The notes under the pieces were generated by a model. The model was not told the DNA's origin and did not search any database. It was given only the letters and a program-made list of their open reading frames with translations. A program made the translations under genes and the position numbers. From Ophelia neglecta (taxonomy: Eukaryota): DNA of 64,000 nucleotides. Of this stretch, positions 26,267 to 39,183 are shown piece after piece (the first letter of the stretch is position 1; each line of letters starts with the position of its first letter). The stretch spans positions 55,676,001-55,740,000 of the forward strand of contig OZ260665.1 of assembly GCA_965285935.1 (NCBI GenBank), written 5' to 3'.

Positions 26267-26799
26267 GGTCTTTTACGATTGTCATTTTAGTCAGAGACAT
26301 TACATTGATCCCATTATCACTGCATCGACCATAATCTAAAACTGTACTAGATATTGAGGAATAGAGGGCTTCTCGATCCTGGTTTGATTTTCAAACAACA
26401 AAATAAATTCACTTGTTGCACTGCAGATTATTTTACTCATATCAAACTGGGTGTGTTGGTGAACATAGTATTTTTGTTGAAGGATGCGGTTTTAAAGGTG
26501 AGGCGAGGCGAGACTTTTCCATCCGTGTTTAGGTTTTAGTTCCATTGTTTTACTCTGCAATGGCTGAAACCTTTGAGTGATCGATTCTGCGATTCCTACC
26601 CAGTGCTAGATCCAATGTGTGCTTTCTTCATATGAATAAGTTGATCGTATAATGCAGATGCACGTGATTAGTTATAATAAGAGCGTCAATGGTTGACCTT
26701 ACAAGCTTTACTGCATTTAGGGAGAAAAACGGGATCAATATTCTTTATAGAATCTAAGTAATTCTGATGTTTTTCATTAGCCATGTTCTAAAGGATTTC

Positions 26800-27180
26800 A
26801 TATGTCTTTCATTAGCTATGTGTTATGGAAATTTACCCGGAGTCCCACTTTTATATAAAAGCATAGACTAGCGTAAACTGATTGCAGGGCACGTTAACCC
26901 GTGTCCTACTTTGACCACCGACTTGTTTTACCTATGGTTTGGCTAATACCATAAACAACTTTTGACCAGTTCTCACTAAATGAGCAATCTTCCCATTTCT
27001 GTACAATTCTATTTAAATAATTATGAAGTTAAAAAAAAATTTCGTGTATCTGTAGGTTAAGCAAACTGCTGAAATCGGGCCGATTTGATAATAGCTACTT
27101 CTTGCTTTATGTTTTGATATTTGCTGCGGATTATTCACTCCCGCTTTTTGATATTAAACCACTACGAGCAGTGGAAGCCT
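26800..27180 (-). mobile_element. Probable highly decayed Crypton-type fragment
   Basis: Shares aaaagcgggagtgaata and its flanks with 47481-47497. Downstream on the minus strand are broken WY..IGK and GxPGKF.THS-like traces. Many stops and frameshifts. Confidence 0.3.
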
Positions 27181-30100
27181 TTCCATTCACATCCAGCGTG
27201 ATAAAAGTGCATCGTCTACCAAGAAAACTCATCAGTTTTTGATAATTAATTGTGTTGGAGCAACTATATATAAAAGCCATTAACAATCTCTGTCGTTTTA
27301 GTAAAGTAAAGCTCTGTTGAATTAAATTTACTAGTAATTAAATACTAACAAGCAACCTTTTAAATTGCGCTTGATTATTGTTACCGAGCATCGCGCCTCT
27401 GATGCTGGTTTGCATTAATATATTAATATAGATTATTACCGCCGATCATTGTCCAAATGACCGGTATGCACAAAGTCGTACACACTAAATGGTTGTCAGC
27501 GAAAAGACAGCATACAAGTAAGTAAATTTAAGACAATTAATAAACGAATAGTAAGGCTCTTTATTTCAAGATATTATTTTTTGCAATAAAATTTATAAAA
27601 AAGACTATGCAGTTTCGGTTACTGTTCAAATCGTACGCATGTACAACTTTCATTTGTGTGACCATAATATAACCAATAGCTTTGATCATTGTGCAGTGTA
27701 TAATCTATAACGGAATATTCAATAACACCACATATGAAAAACGAGTAAGGGAAATTACATTGGATGACGAGTATTTCTGGTACCTAGATAGCTCACCTAT
27801 TATAACATTGACCGTTACAAATATAATATGGAGGAATTCCTAATTAAAATAACAAGTTCAAAGATGAATATGAAGAATAACAAAAATGAGATAAAATTAT
27901 TTTCTGTGTTCCAATTTTTGTTTAGACAACGGTGGGATACTAGCACAATATACATATAAGGAAAACGAAAAAAGTCTGCTATACAATATCGTTCAATAAT
28001 GCAAGAAGACATGCAATTATATAGACTAGTTTTTTTGTACACATTCCCAGTAGAAACATGTATTGTTAATTGGAGACACGTTTTTCGAATTGGAATATGG
28101 ATTTTTATGTTGAAAAACATTTCACTGTCGACAATAAGGTAGAGATGTCAATTTATGACAGTTTGATAATTTCACCATACTTGATTATTCTTTATTCATA
28201 AAATATAATGAAAATACATTATTATTCCAAACCAGTCAGATATTTTACAGGCATGTTTTTCTGCTTCCTTACTAATCATACATTGTATAGAACTTTGCCT
28301 TGATAAAAGAAACGAAAACATCTATTGTGCAATGACAGCTATCAGTAAAATAACGGGAGCCTATCTATACAATATCTACCAATATGGTTCTCTCTACAGA
28401 AATAGTAACAAGAACAACAAGTTATTTGAATTTTATTAAATTTCTCGTAAAACCAAGCAAACGGATTTCCCAAAGTGCGCACTTCCATGGAGGTTACATC
28501 AACGATGCACCATTGAGTATTGGCCCATGCTTTTAGGGTGCCATTCCCACCAATTAAATTTCCTTTTTTTGTCAATTAAAAAATCGGAGAGTGTTAATGT
28601 CTCGAGACATGCATACTATTGCGACATATGAGCACACACGCGTTCTTTCTAGACGTCCATAATGAAAATAGGTTCTGAAAAAAGCCAGGGCAAGGTAGAA
28701 ATTAAATAATGGAGTCACATCTAGAAATATTTTTTCCTACATATCACTTGTATAATATATTGCAGTGTGTTGGAATAAAAGAGGATGATTAAAGAAATGT
28801 AACTTCGTTTGAGATATGACCATTAGATGTTTAAATTCAGTGTTAATACCAACGTTATTTTATGAATTATCTTCTGCTTCGCGAAGTTTTTCAATATACA
28901 GATGTAATCTCCAGTTTGGCAGGTTAGTCAGTGCTCAGTGAAATCAAAATGATATCATGCACATTTAGGGCAAGGGATATATACTAGTGTTAACTCGATA
29001 AAGCAAAAATCTATCTGGCAACATTACAGCAATGAAGGACATGAAATTAAGAGACAAACTTACAGGGCCCATCTGATAACACCAGGCGCAAACAGATCGT
29101 GATTGGAGTGGTGACGTCATACAATTTGAAGGCGGTTGAAATCGCTAAAAAGAAGGGAGTTTCTACATTAATTCCTTTCCAAACATTTGGATCAATTTTA
29201 TATCCAAATACTAGTCAGTTTTCAGGTTTGAAAACTATGTTATATAGCAAATGCAACTTTGCATTTAACAGACAAGTGAATGTTAGTAAAATTCTTGCCC
29301 ATGCATACAAAAATTAAATAAATCAAATAAACAAATCATGCTATCCTGTATATTTAACCACACCAACGCATCTATACAAAATTACCACGGGAAAGACAAG
29401 TATACAACAGTACTCGCAATAACTTAAATATGTATAGACGAGTTCAGATGGAGAAATGGAAAACTATTCACTTTTACTGGGCTCTTTTCAATGATCTATG
29501 AAAAGTGGATGAGTACACGGTGAAGCAATACTGAAGACACTTTATCTATGAGCATCACAAGTTACATGGGCTTAATAAGAAAGTATTTCATTCCATGTAC
29601 TGCGTTGTGCTTACATTAACAAAATTTGAATCCTTTCCAATGATCTGTTTTTCCGGGTACATTTATGTTACATCACAACATAGGTAGCCTATTTGATTAT
29701 ACCATTTCCCGCTTTTTAACCAAAACTAAATACAATGTAGTTTGAAAAATTGAAAGGCGATGCTGACCTAACATAAAAGGCGCGAAAATAAACATATTGA
29801 CATTTAAACGAAAATAGTTATACAGGTATATGATACAATTTTGTACAGATATTAACCCACTGCGTGCGTTAAAAAACTGTTATGTCACATGAATACATAT
29901 GGACTGAACATAGTTCAGCGTCTAGTGTAACGTTACAATATTTCAAAGAAATAATACAGCATGCGTAAGGCATTTCATTATTGAGAAATGTACAAAATGG
30001 CTTATTCAAACTGTAAAAAAAAACATCTATGAAACAACACATCACGTAAGATTCTGTCATGGTAGGTATTCCTTTATTTCCAGTTTGGCATGAAGAAATG

Positions 30101-30731
30101 CGTAAGTTCAATGCAGAATAAGACAGCTCAATGTATGATAACCTGTCTTTGCTCACACAAAATTTCTTTCATGTGTGTCGGTGCCAATGTACATAACAGT
30201 CCGAGGATTATGTAACAACTCAATAATTTATTGACGTTATTCGTTCCTTTTTGACCAGTTCGATTCTACCTTGCAGAACAATGAACGTACATTGTGGGAT
30301 GTTTTGGAAATGAATACTATATGCTCCTTCTAAAGACACACTACTGAAAACACATAAGAGTCCTGACTGTAAGTCATGGTGGGTGCCAATCACCATAATG
30401 CTGCCACTGAAAATGCATGACCACAGTTTGTGTAAAGTAACAGTACATTCTCTCCAACTCTCATTGCCTGCTGTCCCTCTAGTCATCAAGGCCTTATGTT
30501 AAATGAGATAAAATGGAGTGGAGTATCAGCTTACAGAAAACACGGGCATCAACATGCAGAATGCTTCAAACTTAACTACCATTGCCATGTGTTCAGACCG
30601 TTATAATATTTTCAATATTTAGGAGCGTATTCCAGAGGCTTATCCACTCTTCCTTTTATTTTCTACATTTATGTTTTGGGAAACAGAAATTTGGTACTTC
30701 ATGTCATTCGGAATCCCCCAATAAAATCCAC

Positions 30732-33700
30732 TTACCTGGGAAACACGAATACAAGGGATAGTATTATTCCTATCACATAAATAACGAAGAAAAGGCGATC
30801 AATCACCGATGCTACCATCCTCCAATCAGCTTGCCGCTGTCGAACAGTGTCCATAGTTACAGGATTAGACGAATGAGAATGTTTCCCGTTAACGCGCATC
30901 ACATTTGAATCATTGGCAGCAGCTGTGAATGGTGTGTGTTCTTCCGGTGCGTGCGCATGCTCGTCTCGCACTAGAACTTCAGTATGTGCACAAAAGGCAC
31001 GAGCGAGAATAGTTAGGCAGGCCTGAAAACGACAGTAACACAATTCTAGTATATTCTTCAGTTATGGATCACAGAGGCAGTAACAGATTTATATCGTTTA
31101 CTTACCGATCTCAGTATACGAGGTACGGGCTTTCTGTGCAGCTGTGAAGTTAAGTTGATCACCACAGCAGAAAGCATCGTGGAAAAAGCAATGAGCACCA
31201 TGTTTATGCAGTAGTAAACACCTGAAATTAAAATACCATTTAAAATAGATTTAAAATGGAAAAAGACAAGCAGCTCTAACATAACTCTCGTAAGGATTTA
31301 GAATTGAATAGTGTTAGGTATGTTTAGTTTTGAGTATACATAGGACCTACCCAGCAGTGATATTGATGCCGAAGTTGGAGGAGACGACTGCACCAGTATG
31401 AGCAAGAGAACAAAGAAACTGGAAAACAAACTCATACCTGAAAAGAAATCTGATGTTAATTGAAACTAAAATGAATACAGAGACTGAGGCATGCAGGCTT
31501 AAACAGTAACTGAAGGCGATGCTGTTTTGTTCATGACAATACTGACCAAGACTTGTTCTGTCTGGTCTCTGTGGTGGGATCCAGAACAGTACCAGAGTGA
31601 GGAAGGAAAGCAGTACACTGGGAAGTATTAACACGTATATGTAGAAGGCGGTTCTGCGTTTTATAGTCAGGAAAAAAGTGATATCTGGATAAGGCTCGTT
31701 CTCACAGCATGGGTAAAACTTTACGTGGTGTTCGGCAGCTGTCTGGAGAATGGTCCACTCTGAACTGATTATATACTCGCGTGTGTCAAAATCCACCAAG
31801 TCATCATAGAAAACCAATTCTAACTTGTTTCCGTCGTAAGTCCAGCTGCCATATTTTAGGTGGCAGCTTTGCTCGTCAAATGGGAAGTTTCGCATGTCAA
31901 TGGTACACGAGCTTTTGTAGATGGCAGGCGGTATCCAGCGGACAAGCCCTGTATGATAGACGACCAACAGCTCCTCGTGAGTTTTCTCCTGCTCATCAGC
32001 ACTAAAAATGAACGAATGAAAATATCAATCGTTCATTGGCCTGTCGCTGGCTAAATTTATACAGGTGTATTTTAGCTACAAAAACTGATGGTGATCAGCC
32101 TTCGATATCAGTATAGCAATATTTCGAATGTAAATAAAGAAAGGAAGACAAACATTTCGTACTTGTTATAGAGGACGATGTCAGGCGTCCATATGGCATA
32201 GCCTGGTAGTCGAATGTCCGACACTCCTCCGTAGTCGTCCGGATTCCACCTCAGGAGCTCATCTGTCCATCTCTAAATGGAATTAAGTAATGTCAAAATG
32301 TTTTATAGTATTGCGCAATTGGGTAATTTAATTTGATTTAAACATTAATAGAACGGGGGTGGATACCCAGCACACAAAGCGAAATCATTTATCTAGAATC
32401 ATCCATTGAATCGAACAGAAATACCTGGAACCATAAGCTACATACCCACTTACATCAATCCCCAGCCCCTAACTATAGATGAACTTTTAACGGAATTAAT
32501 AATAAAAACATCAAAATTGATAGCAATGGGAAGTATTCAACAGTTATCCATTCATCAGAGCACAAAACCGAGCGAGTCGCTGGTCAACGCAGGATAGAGA
32601 TAAAATATGCCCTAGTAGATTCTACGATGGACTATAAATGAACGTGTATCGTTAAATATAATATCAAACGTAAAAGGTCCCGGAATACTTAATAGGAATT
32701 TGGTAAAATATATATTTATCCTCGCGTTTCAACGTCTGTACATTCTAATCAGATTTTAAAAACCAACGTTTTATAAGTCACTAACCAGGAGGCCATTGTT
32801 ACTTATATATTTTAGTTCGAATGATTATTTTTCCTCCAAACATTTCGGAGTAAATAAAAAAGGCGCCAATATTTAATCGTGATATACCTGGAAAGATGCA
32901 AAACTGTTTATAGTAACACACTGGATTGTTATGCGCCACGGTAAATAGTGCAATTTTGGGGATCATATCATGCATATACCTATATATGCGACGTTATGTT
33001 ATTTATTTACGTTACGTGGGTGGTTCCCTTGCATGGTCATTCCTAATTTTTGCTGTTAACGAGCCCTCTTATAACCTCTTATAACCTTCGATTGAACTAT
33101 ATCACAAGAAACTTACACTCCAGCATGATCCATGCTTGTGGGGCAAAAAGGTAAATTACACTGGCGTCATTGGATTTAAATCTATTCTTATGGTTATTAC
33201 GCCTTTATACGAAGAGCCGCTAGCTAAAATCTAAGAACCATCTATTTTAGTATCCCTCGACGGTTTCCATTTTCTTAGCCAATTGGTAACATTACCTGCG
33301 GCTTAATGCTACAGAAAACTGATGGGATACACAGTGCATCGGGAGGTTATCAGAGCGATTGGTTTAGTATTAAAAGTACGAAACCCCAATACGACATCGC
33401 TTAAAGCAAAAATTTAAGCGTTATAACACGGGACTTGTCTGCCCAGTGTTGTCTTTTATGTGAAAGTTTAAAAAAAACAATGTAGTTGCTTGAACAAGTG
33501 GTTTTGTTTTGGAACTTAACCTACAATCAATGAAACACAGAATTAAATACCAATACACCAATACACACCAATACTTATAAGTGGGTACAAAAACACCGTT
33601 TACATTTATATGTTCAGTTTTCTTTTCCAGTAGGCAAACATAGCTATACTTCATATATGTATTAAATATTAATATAGGTGTTTCATATATGTTCCTTTGG

Positions 33701-36700
33701 AAACTAAATCTTGTTTTGAGATAAGTCCCGCACGACTTTGTAAAAAGAATTGGTTTAGATTTACTTTCACTGAGGTTAACCTCGTACAGTTATTCAGCTT
33801 AAGGAGCCGCGGCCTTTGCTAAGTCCTAATCACCAATTCCGAAGCAATCTTCTCTCTTTATCTAATTGAGGTCTTTTATGACGTTGTTGTGTTGTGATCC
33901 ATCACAAAGGAATGGCCGAAATGACCAGCTTCCCAAGTTATCCTGTTAAGAGACCCACTGTACAGGTTTAACAGCATTGTACAGTTTGTCTCTCCATTAC
34001 ACCTTTGTCGGCATGGAAATATAGTTAAATGTATTGATTAGAGGTGAAATGCGTGGGTCCCTACTAATCACAGGTATGGTCCACTTTCCCATCTGCGATT
34101 GAATTCAGAAAATATCGGAGGTTTCATTAGATTGAATATCAAAACAAAACTCTGAATTGCCTTTTTTCATTTTTAACTTCTATGTTCATTGCCTTTTTTG
34201 GTCGCAATTATTTCATTTCCCCAAGTTATGGTTTTGCCCAGAAAGAACATTAGGCCTTATACTGATTTACATGATAGTATGTGTCTGATTGAGTTGATTT
34301 GTAGATTCTGTTAACTTGATTTATTTCAGAGTCCGTGTAAATTCCGGAGTAAATAACACGTCCAAGGATATGAACGGATCATGTACACACTTATTTATAG
34401 CTAGCAACAGCTCCTTATACGTAGAAGAAGTTAGATGTATATAGGGCTAATTTGAAGTGTGTCGTGTGCATTTCTTAATTTCCAGTTCTCTCTAAATTTT
34501 TAAGAACTATATGCACAATCTCAGGTGAGCTTGCAAGGATAAAATTTCTTACCAAAAGCAGGCATTACAAGTAAGCAAGTCTAGGTAGAACCTGCGTCCA
34601 GTATAATCTAATCTTCTTTTTAGTATCTATTTTACTCTCGAGGTTAAATGAGCTCAAAAGTCGCTTTACAATGAAAAAAGGGAAAAGTGCAATACGAATA
34701 AAGCATCAATCCATTAAAGGATATGTAAAAAACACATGCAGATTTAAAAGCATAACTCAACGTATAGTTGCACACATTCATCTCAATCTATTCATCAATT
34801 AATAGAAAGCTTGAAGAAGTAAGCCTTAAGCTTGATATAAAGGCTACATCTGACTCGGTAGAGATCTCAGGCTGCAAGACGGCTGGAGCAGGTTCCAGAG
34901 CCTAGGTCCGCAAATGGGGAAAAATCTGTCAACAGCACTAACCAGTCTCGACCTTTGACCCTTGAAAAGATGTTCTTACTCTGATCTATGTGACGGTATT
35001 TCTTATACAAATTAAGTTACGGAAGCTTGGAAGCTTGTTATGAAAGCAACCCCTGAAATATTGGCTTCCATCCTTACAGAGTAGACCCTGCATTAGAAGT
35101 GTTGTTCTTCTTGGCTGGGGTGAGCTCTCTCGGGTGTGCTATAAGCATTGTATTTGGCATCTGCGCCCATCATACGGAGCACTGATTCATATTCAAGTAC
35201 CCATCTACCATACTGATATTTTTGTAACAGATATTTTTGTAGCAGAAATTTATTCAAGTGTATTGTGTCATGGCCTCAAGAACAATGGGTAATATTCATC
35301 TACCATTTGTTGCGTACTTTAAGCACATTCTCTTGAAAATAATCTGTTTAGAATGGCTGTTGAAAATGCATTTCTTTATTGACAATAGCAAGATTGCTTG
35401 GCTATTGTGGGTTCTGAGTTTACAAGGGTAACTACTGTTTACAGCATTAACTTGAGAGCTATCATAAAAGTTTCTTTTTTAATGGTTCTTCAATCCTTTA
35501 CAGCCATCAATCTCTCGAATGTGGTGCAGCTGGAGAGCTGGATCCGGTGTACAAGCACGACGACACTCGAGAAAGACTACTCCAGCATAGGACAACAAAT
35601 TGTTCCCAATCTCTTCTGTTTCTCCAAAAGTTCAAGCTAGTGAGTACAGCTCTTGCTCTATTTATTTTGTTTACAGCATCCTTAGAAGCTGGTATATGTA
35701 AAGAGGCTCGAGCGAATTGTTAATCACCAGAAAGTCGATCAATCACTGCAAGTCAACGAGTTCTTCTTTACATCTGCTTTAATTTGCACTCGCAGTGATA
35801 ATTGAATGGCTTTTATTACCACTGGACTCACAAAGAACTGGCTTTTATTTTCTTATTGAAGGCGGGTCTGTCGCCAGTTTTTTATGCTGTCTATACATAT
35901 AGCTTGGGCTTTAAGTGCGTTCCTTTTTCATTTCAGTTAAAGTTTATTCAATATTGCTCAGCTGTGTATCTCTATTTTTAAATATATCGCCCATTCACAA
36001 TGGCTGCTACCTTTTCAGGAACGCCAGTATTGCGATGGTATTCAATAATGCTTAAACGAGCAGGGCTTAGTCGTTAAGGTGTGCAAAGCGCAGATAACTC
36101 ATCTATCTATTCGGTGTCTCTGACCGATATGAACAACGATCTAGATTGAGAATGGCGGACAATGGGGCACATTTCCTAGACGATAAGATATTATATACCG
36201 CAAGACCCTTATTAAGGGACGCTAGGCGCCAAATATTATCCAATTGGGAGTAATCCTCAACTCAATTACAGAAGCCTTTGAACGGAGAGCATTTGATCCT
36301 AAAACCAAACTTGAGCGAGGGGTTGAGTAATTGGAGTTACACCTGCTGGAGAAATCATATTAAAATCAAGACTAAGGACAACAAAAGTGTCAAAGAGGTA
36401 CTTATAGAGACCGTATAAAACTGAGGCAACAGCTGAGGTGCAAACAAAACGGTTCTGTTGCATAGAGTTTCGTTCATTTTTTCATTAATCCATGGCGCGC
36501 TGAACAGTCCAGGGGCAACGGAAAATATCAGTCATAAAGCACGTCTCGTCGCTAATGGATAATCCATTTCTCATAACATTCGTATAGATTCCGTACATTT
36601 CTAAAGATTCAGGCCATTTGCTGCTGGCCTGTCACAAATGGTTCATCCAATGTCCACATAATATCAAAAATTCATGGTAGGGTATTTTTTCGTTTTTCTG

Positions 36701-37529
36701 CAAGAGTCCTACCTTTTGAAGAAAAGACACATGCATAGTACCCAATATAATCTACAATCAATGCATCAGTCGATTTGGTGACAATCTCGAGTTTCCCGAC
36801 GCACTATTTTCATGGGATTGAATTCATCTACATGCAGGATCACTGGGCCATTAGAATTAGTGTAATATAGCCTGATAAGGCACCAACGGTATTGACTTCT
36901 ACGGAGTCTTAATAACGGCCGCACTACTCCTTCACACACCATACCGCTACCTTTATATCACTGATGTTGTCCGCTACCTGTGGAATAGTCAGGCCGCAAT
37001 GGTGTATTTGACTTGATGTTGTTTTATATCAGTATAAAGTTGGAATCAGGTTACAGCATCAGGTTACAGCTCCATTTATACAAATTCCAGCCCCATTCCA
37101 TCCGCAATTCTTGCCCAGAACGCAACCCCTAATAAGATCCCAGTACTGTATTCATATAGACCTGCATCTTGAATTGAAATATTATTCTGAAGTCTCTGAT
37201 TCTCGAATCTAGGACGAATGCTGGATCCGTTGTCAGGAAATTTTAACCCTTTTCCCCCTGCTACTTATCTTGGAATGATCATTCAGCTTTGTGCATTTTG
37301 CTGAGGTTATTAGCATGTCAAACTCATACTTACATAGCGTTTCCAGACATTGGTGGTTAGGACCTGGTCGGTCTCATCAAAGTCGAGAATCTGGATGAGA
37401 GCCACAGAGAATTCAACCCGGATAGCGGAGGTGGAGTTGATAAGCGGACGAGTGATAAACCCTGCTCGACGATACCGTCTCATTAGGAACCGGACCAGCT
37501 TACTCTCCTGCGAGAACTCGAACGAATCT
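30732..37529 (-). CDS. Nicotinic acetylcholine receptor alpha-type subunit (Cys-loop ligand-gated ion channel), resembling the lophotrochozoan anion-type nAChR group; first (signal peptide) exon not located
   Basis: Exons 5'->3': 37529-37334 ([12 protein letters not shown]...RPLINST...[19 protein letters not shown]), 32272-32163 ([16 protein letters not shown]...WTPDIVLYN), 32001-31547 (Cys-loop [20 protein letters not shown], loop [12 protein letters not shown] with vicinal cysteines, TM1), 31437-31351 (TM2), 31221-31106 (TM3), 31022-30732 (loop, [16 protein letters not shown]4). All are GT-AG with consistent phases. Confidence 0.95.
34790..35060 (-). mobile_element. Degenerate 3' end of L2/CR1-type LINE ORF2 inside an nAChR intron
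   Basis: The minus strand reads [23 protein letters not shown] and, after a frameshift, KLKAYFFKL*. This resembles the GDRxFSVxGPRLWNxLP...KLKTYLF C-terminus typical of L2/CR1 ORF2. The remnant may extend to about 36100. Confidence 0.6.
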
Positions 37530-38530
37530 CTGAAAAGAAAATAACTGAATAAATAGGTTGACTGCTATTTCCACAAACATATGCCTATTTAGTTTCCCTG
37601 AGAACGCCCCATATAGATCTATTGAATACGATACATTACTATCATCTGTTATTATTGAATGCTGACTATAACTAGATTGATATTGCATAGTTATTACCAA
37701 ATTTTCGCATTAGAATGTTGAAGTGCAATCAAACATACACAAATATGTTTGTTCACACACTTTGCTGTCGAAGCTAGTAGACTGGCATTTGTCCAGTGTC
37801 TATTTTTCAAACCGTCTGTACATGATTTATCCGTCAAGTATCGGGTATGATTTATCTATCAAATAATGGTGTTTTTCGGATAAACGCAGTAAAAGCTATA
37901 CAATATATACATCCGTTGTGGCTAGAAAGCATCTGGTGAAATGAACAAAAGACATCTACTGTTAATGTTAAACTTGACAACTTTCCATGTAATATATCTA
38001 AATTCTGCTCTCTGTCATCTGAGACTTATTATAAAGCTTTCTTTGTCTTGCTGCATCGGCCAATTAATCATAGCTAGCCGGGTTGAGTGTCAAATGTTGA
38101 AGAGAAAGAAATGTTATGTTCCTGATACATTAAGCTTGGGCCATTCTTAATGGAAATAGGACCAGAGATCTTACTCCCAGCCGTAACTTATCTACTCGCC
38201 ATCAATCATGGCCTCTAAACACCACTTGTCAAGATAAATGTTTCACTTGTTACAAATTGAAGACACAGCTTATTGGACAATGCCATCAAATGGTGTTTCG
38301 AAGGGCCATCCAGTAAAGGGAAGTGCAAACAGGTCAATGTCGTGACCCACATCACTTCCGGTCAAAGCTTTTCTGACCAGACACATATGAGAGCAATGCA
38401 CAATGGGAGATCGTAAGCACGGAACATGGAACCATGAGTGCATCCATAATTGAGTGATGGAATATTATAGGCAAACATAATTGTTTTACCTGCTTCGGAT
38501 TTGTTGTGGGCGTCTTTAGGCGAAACATAC

Positions 38531-39183
38531 ATGTGACCCACCTGCACGAATTTAGTCGCATTCCGACAATACCATTTTCCGCCACAGCCTATGAGAATGG
38601 TCAAAGGCCGATATAAGATGATTGAAATACGTTGTAGTGTTTGCTAAAACGGACAGAAAACTACCTTAACAAAATGCAATTTTTTTTTCACAACAAAAAT
38701 ACTTTTTTGTGAGTATCTATTGTCAGCTTTCAATAACCATGATTGCTTTAACAACCATAGTTATTGAGCACGGTGACGTCATATCTAATAATTTCATATT
38801 ATGTGACGTCATTAAATGTGACGTCATATGATGAGGAGTCGTGAAAGGAAATCTGATTTCATTATGGTTTTTTTACCTGAGCATTTCATCATACCATAAA
38901 CGTCTTTTGAGAGTATTTACCTCTAGAAGAAAGCAGCAGCATGTCATTGCCGTATTAATATTCAAGTGAGGAACTATTGACATCCATAATTTGTTCACCT
39001 CGTTTTATTTTTTTTGAATTTGGCGAATCCGCATAAAATCTGCATAACAAAAATTCATAATGTGTTTAATACTAGTTATCAAATACAGTTTTTGTATGTT
39101 CAAAAACCGTTCTATAATCTATTTAATAATATTTAATTTCCCAGGTGAAAACATGTGACTTGTTTCGTGCAGATGGGTCACAT
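38531..39183. mobile_element. Non-autonomous TIR element (MITE)
   Basis: atgtgacccacctgcacgaa (38531-38550) and ttcgtgcagatgggtcacat (39164-39183) are inverted with 1 mismatch, extending imperfectly to about 31 bp. The AT-rich interior is non-coding. Superfamily unclear. Confidence 0.7.

Noticed and set aside
38875-38983. Phase-2 candidate first exon for the nAChR (MSIVPHLNINTAMTCCCFLLEV...)
   Set aside because: It lies inside the 38531-39183 MITE and does not look like a signal peptide.
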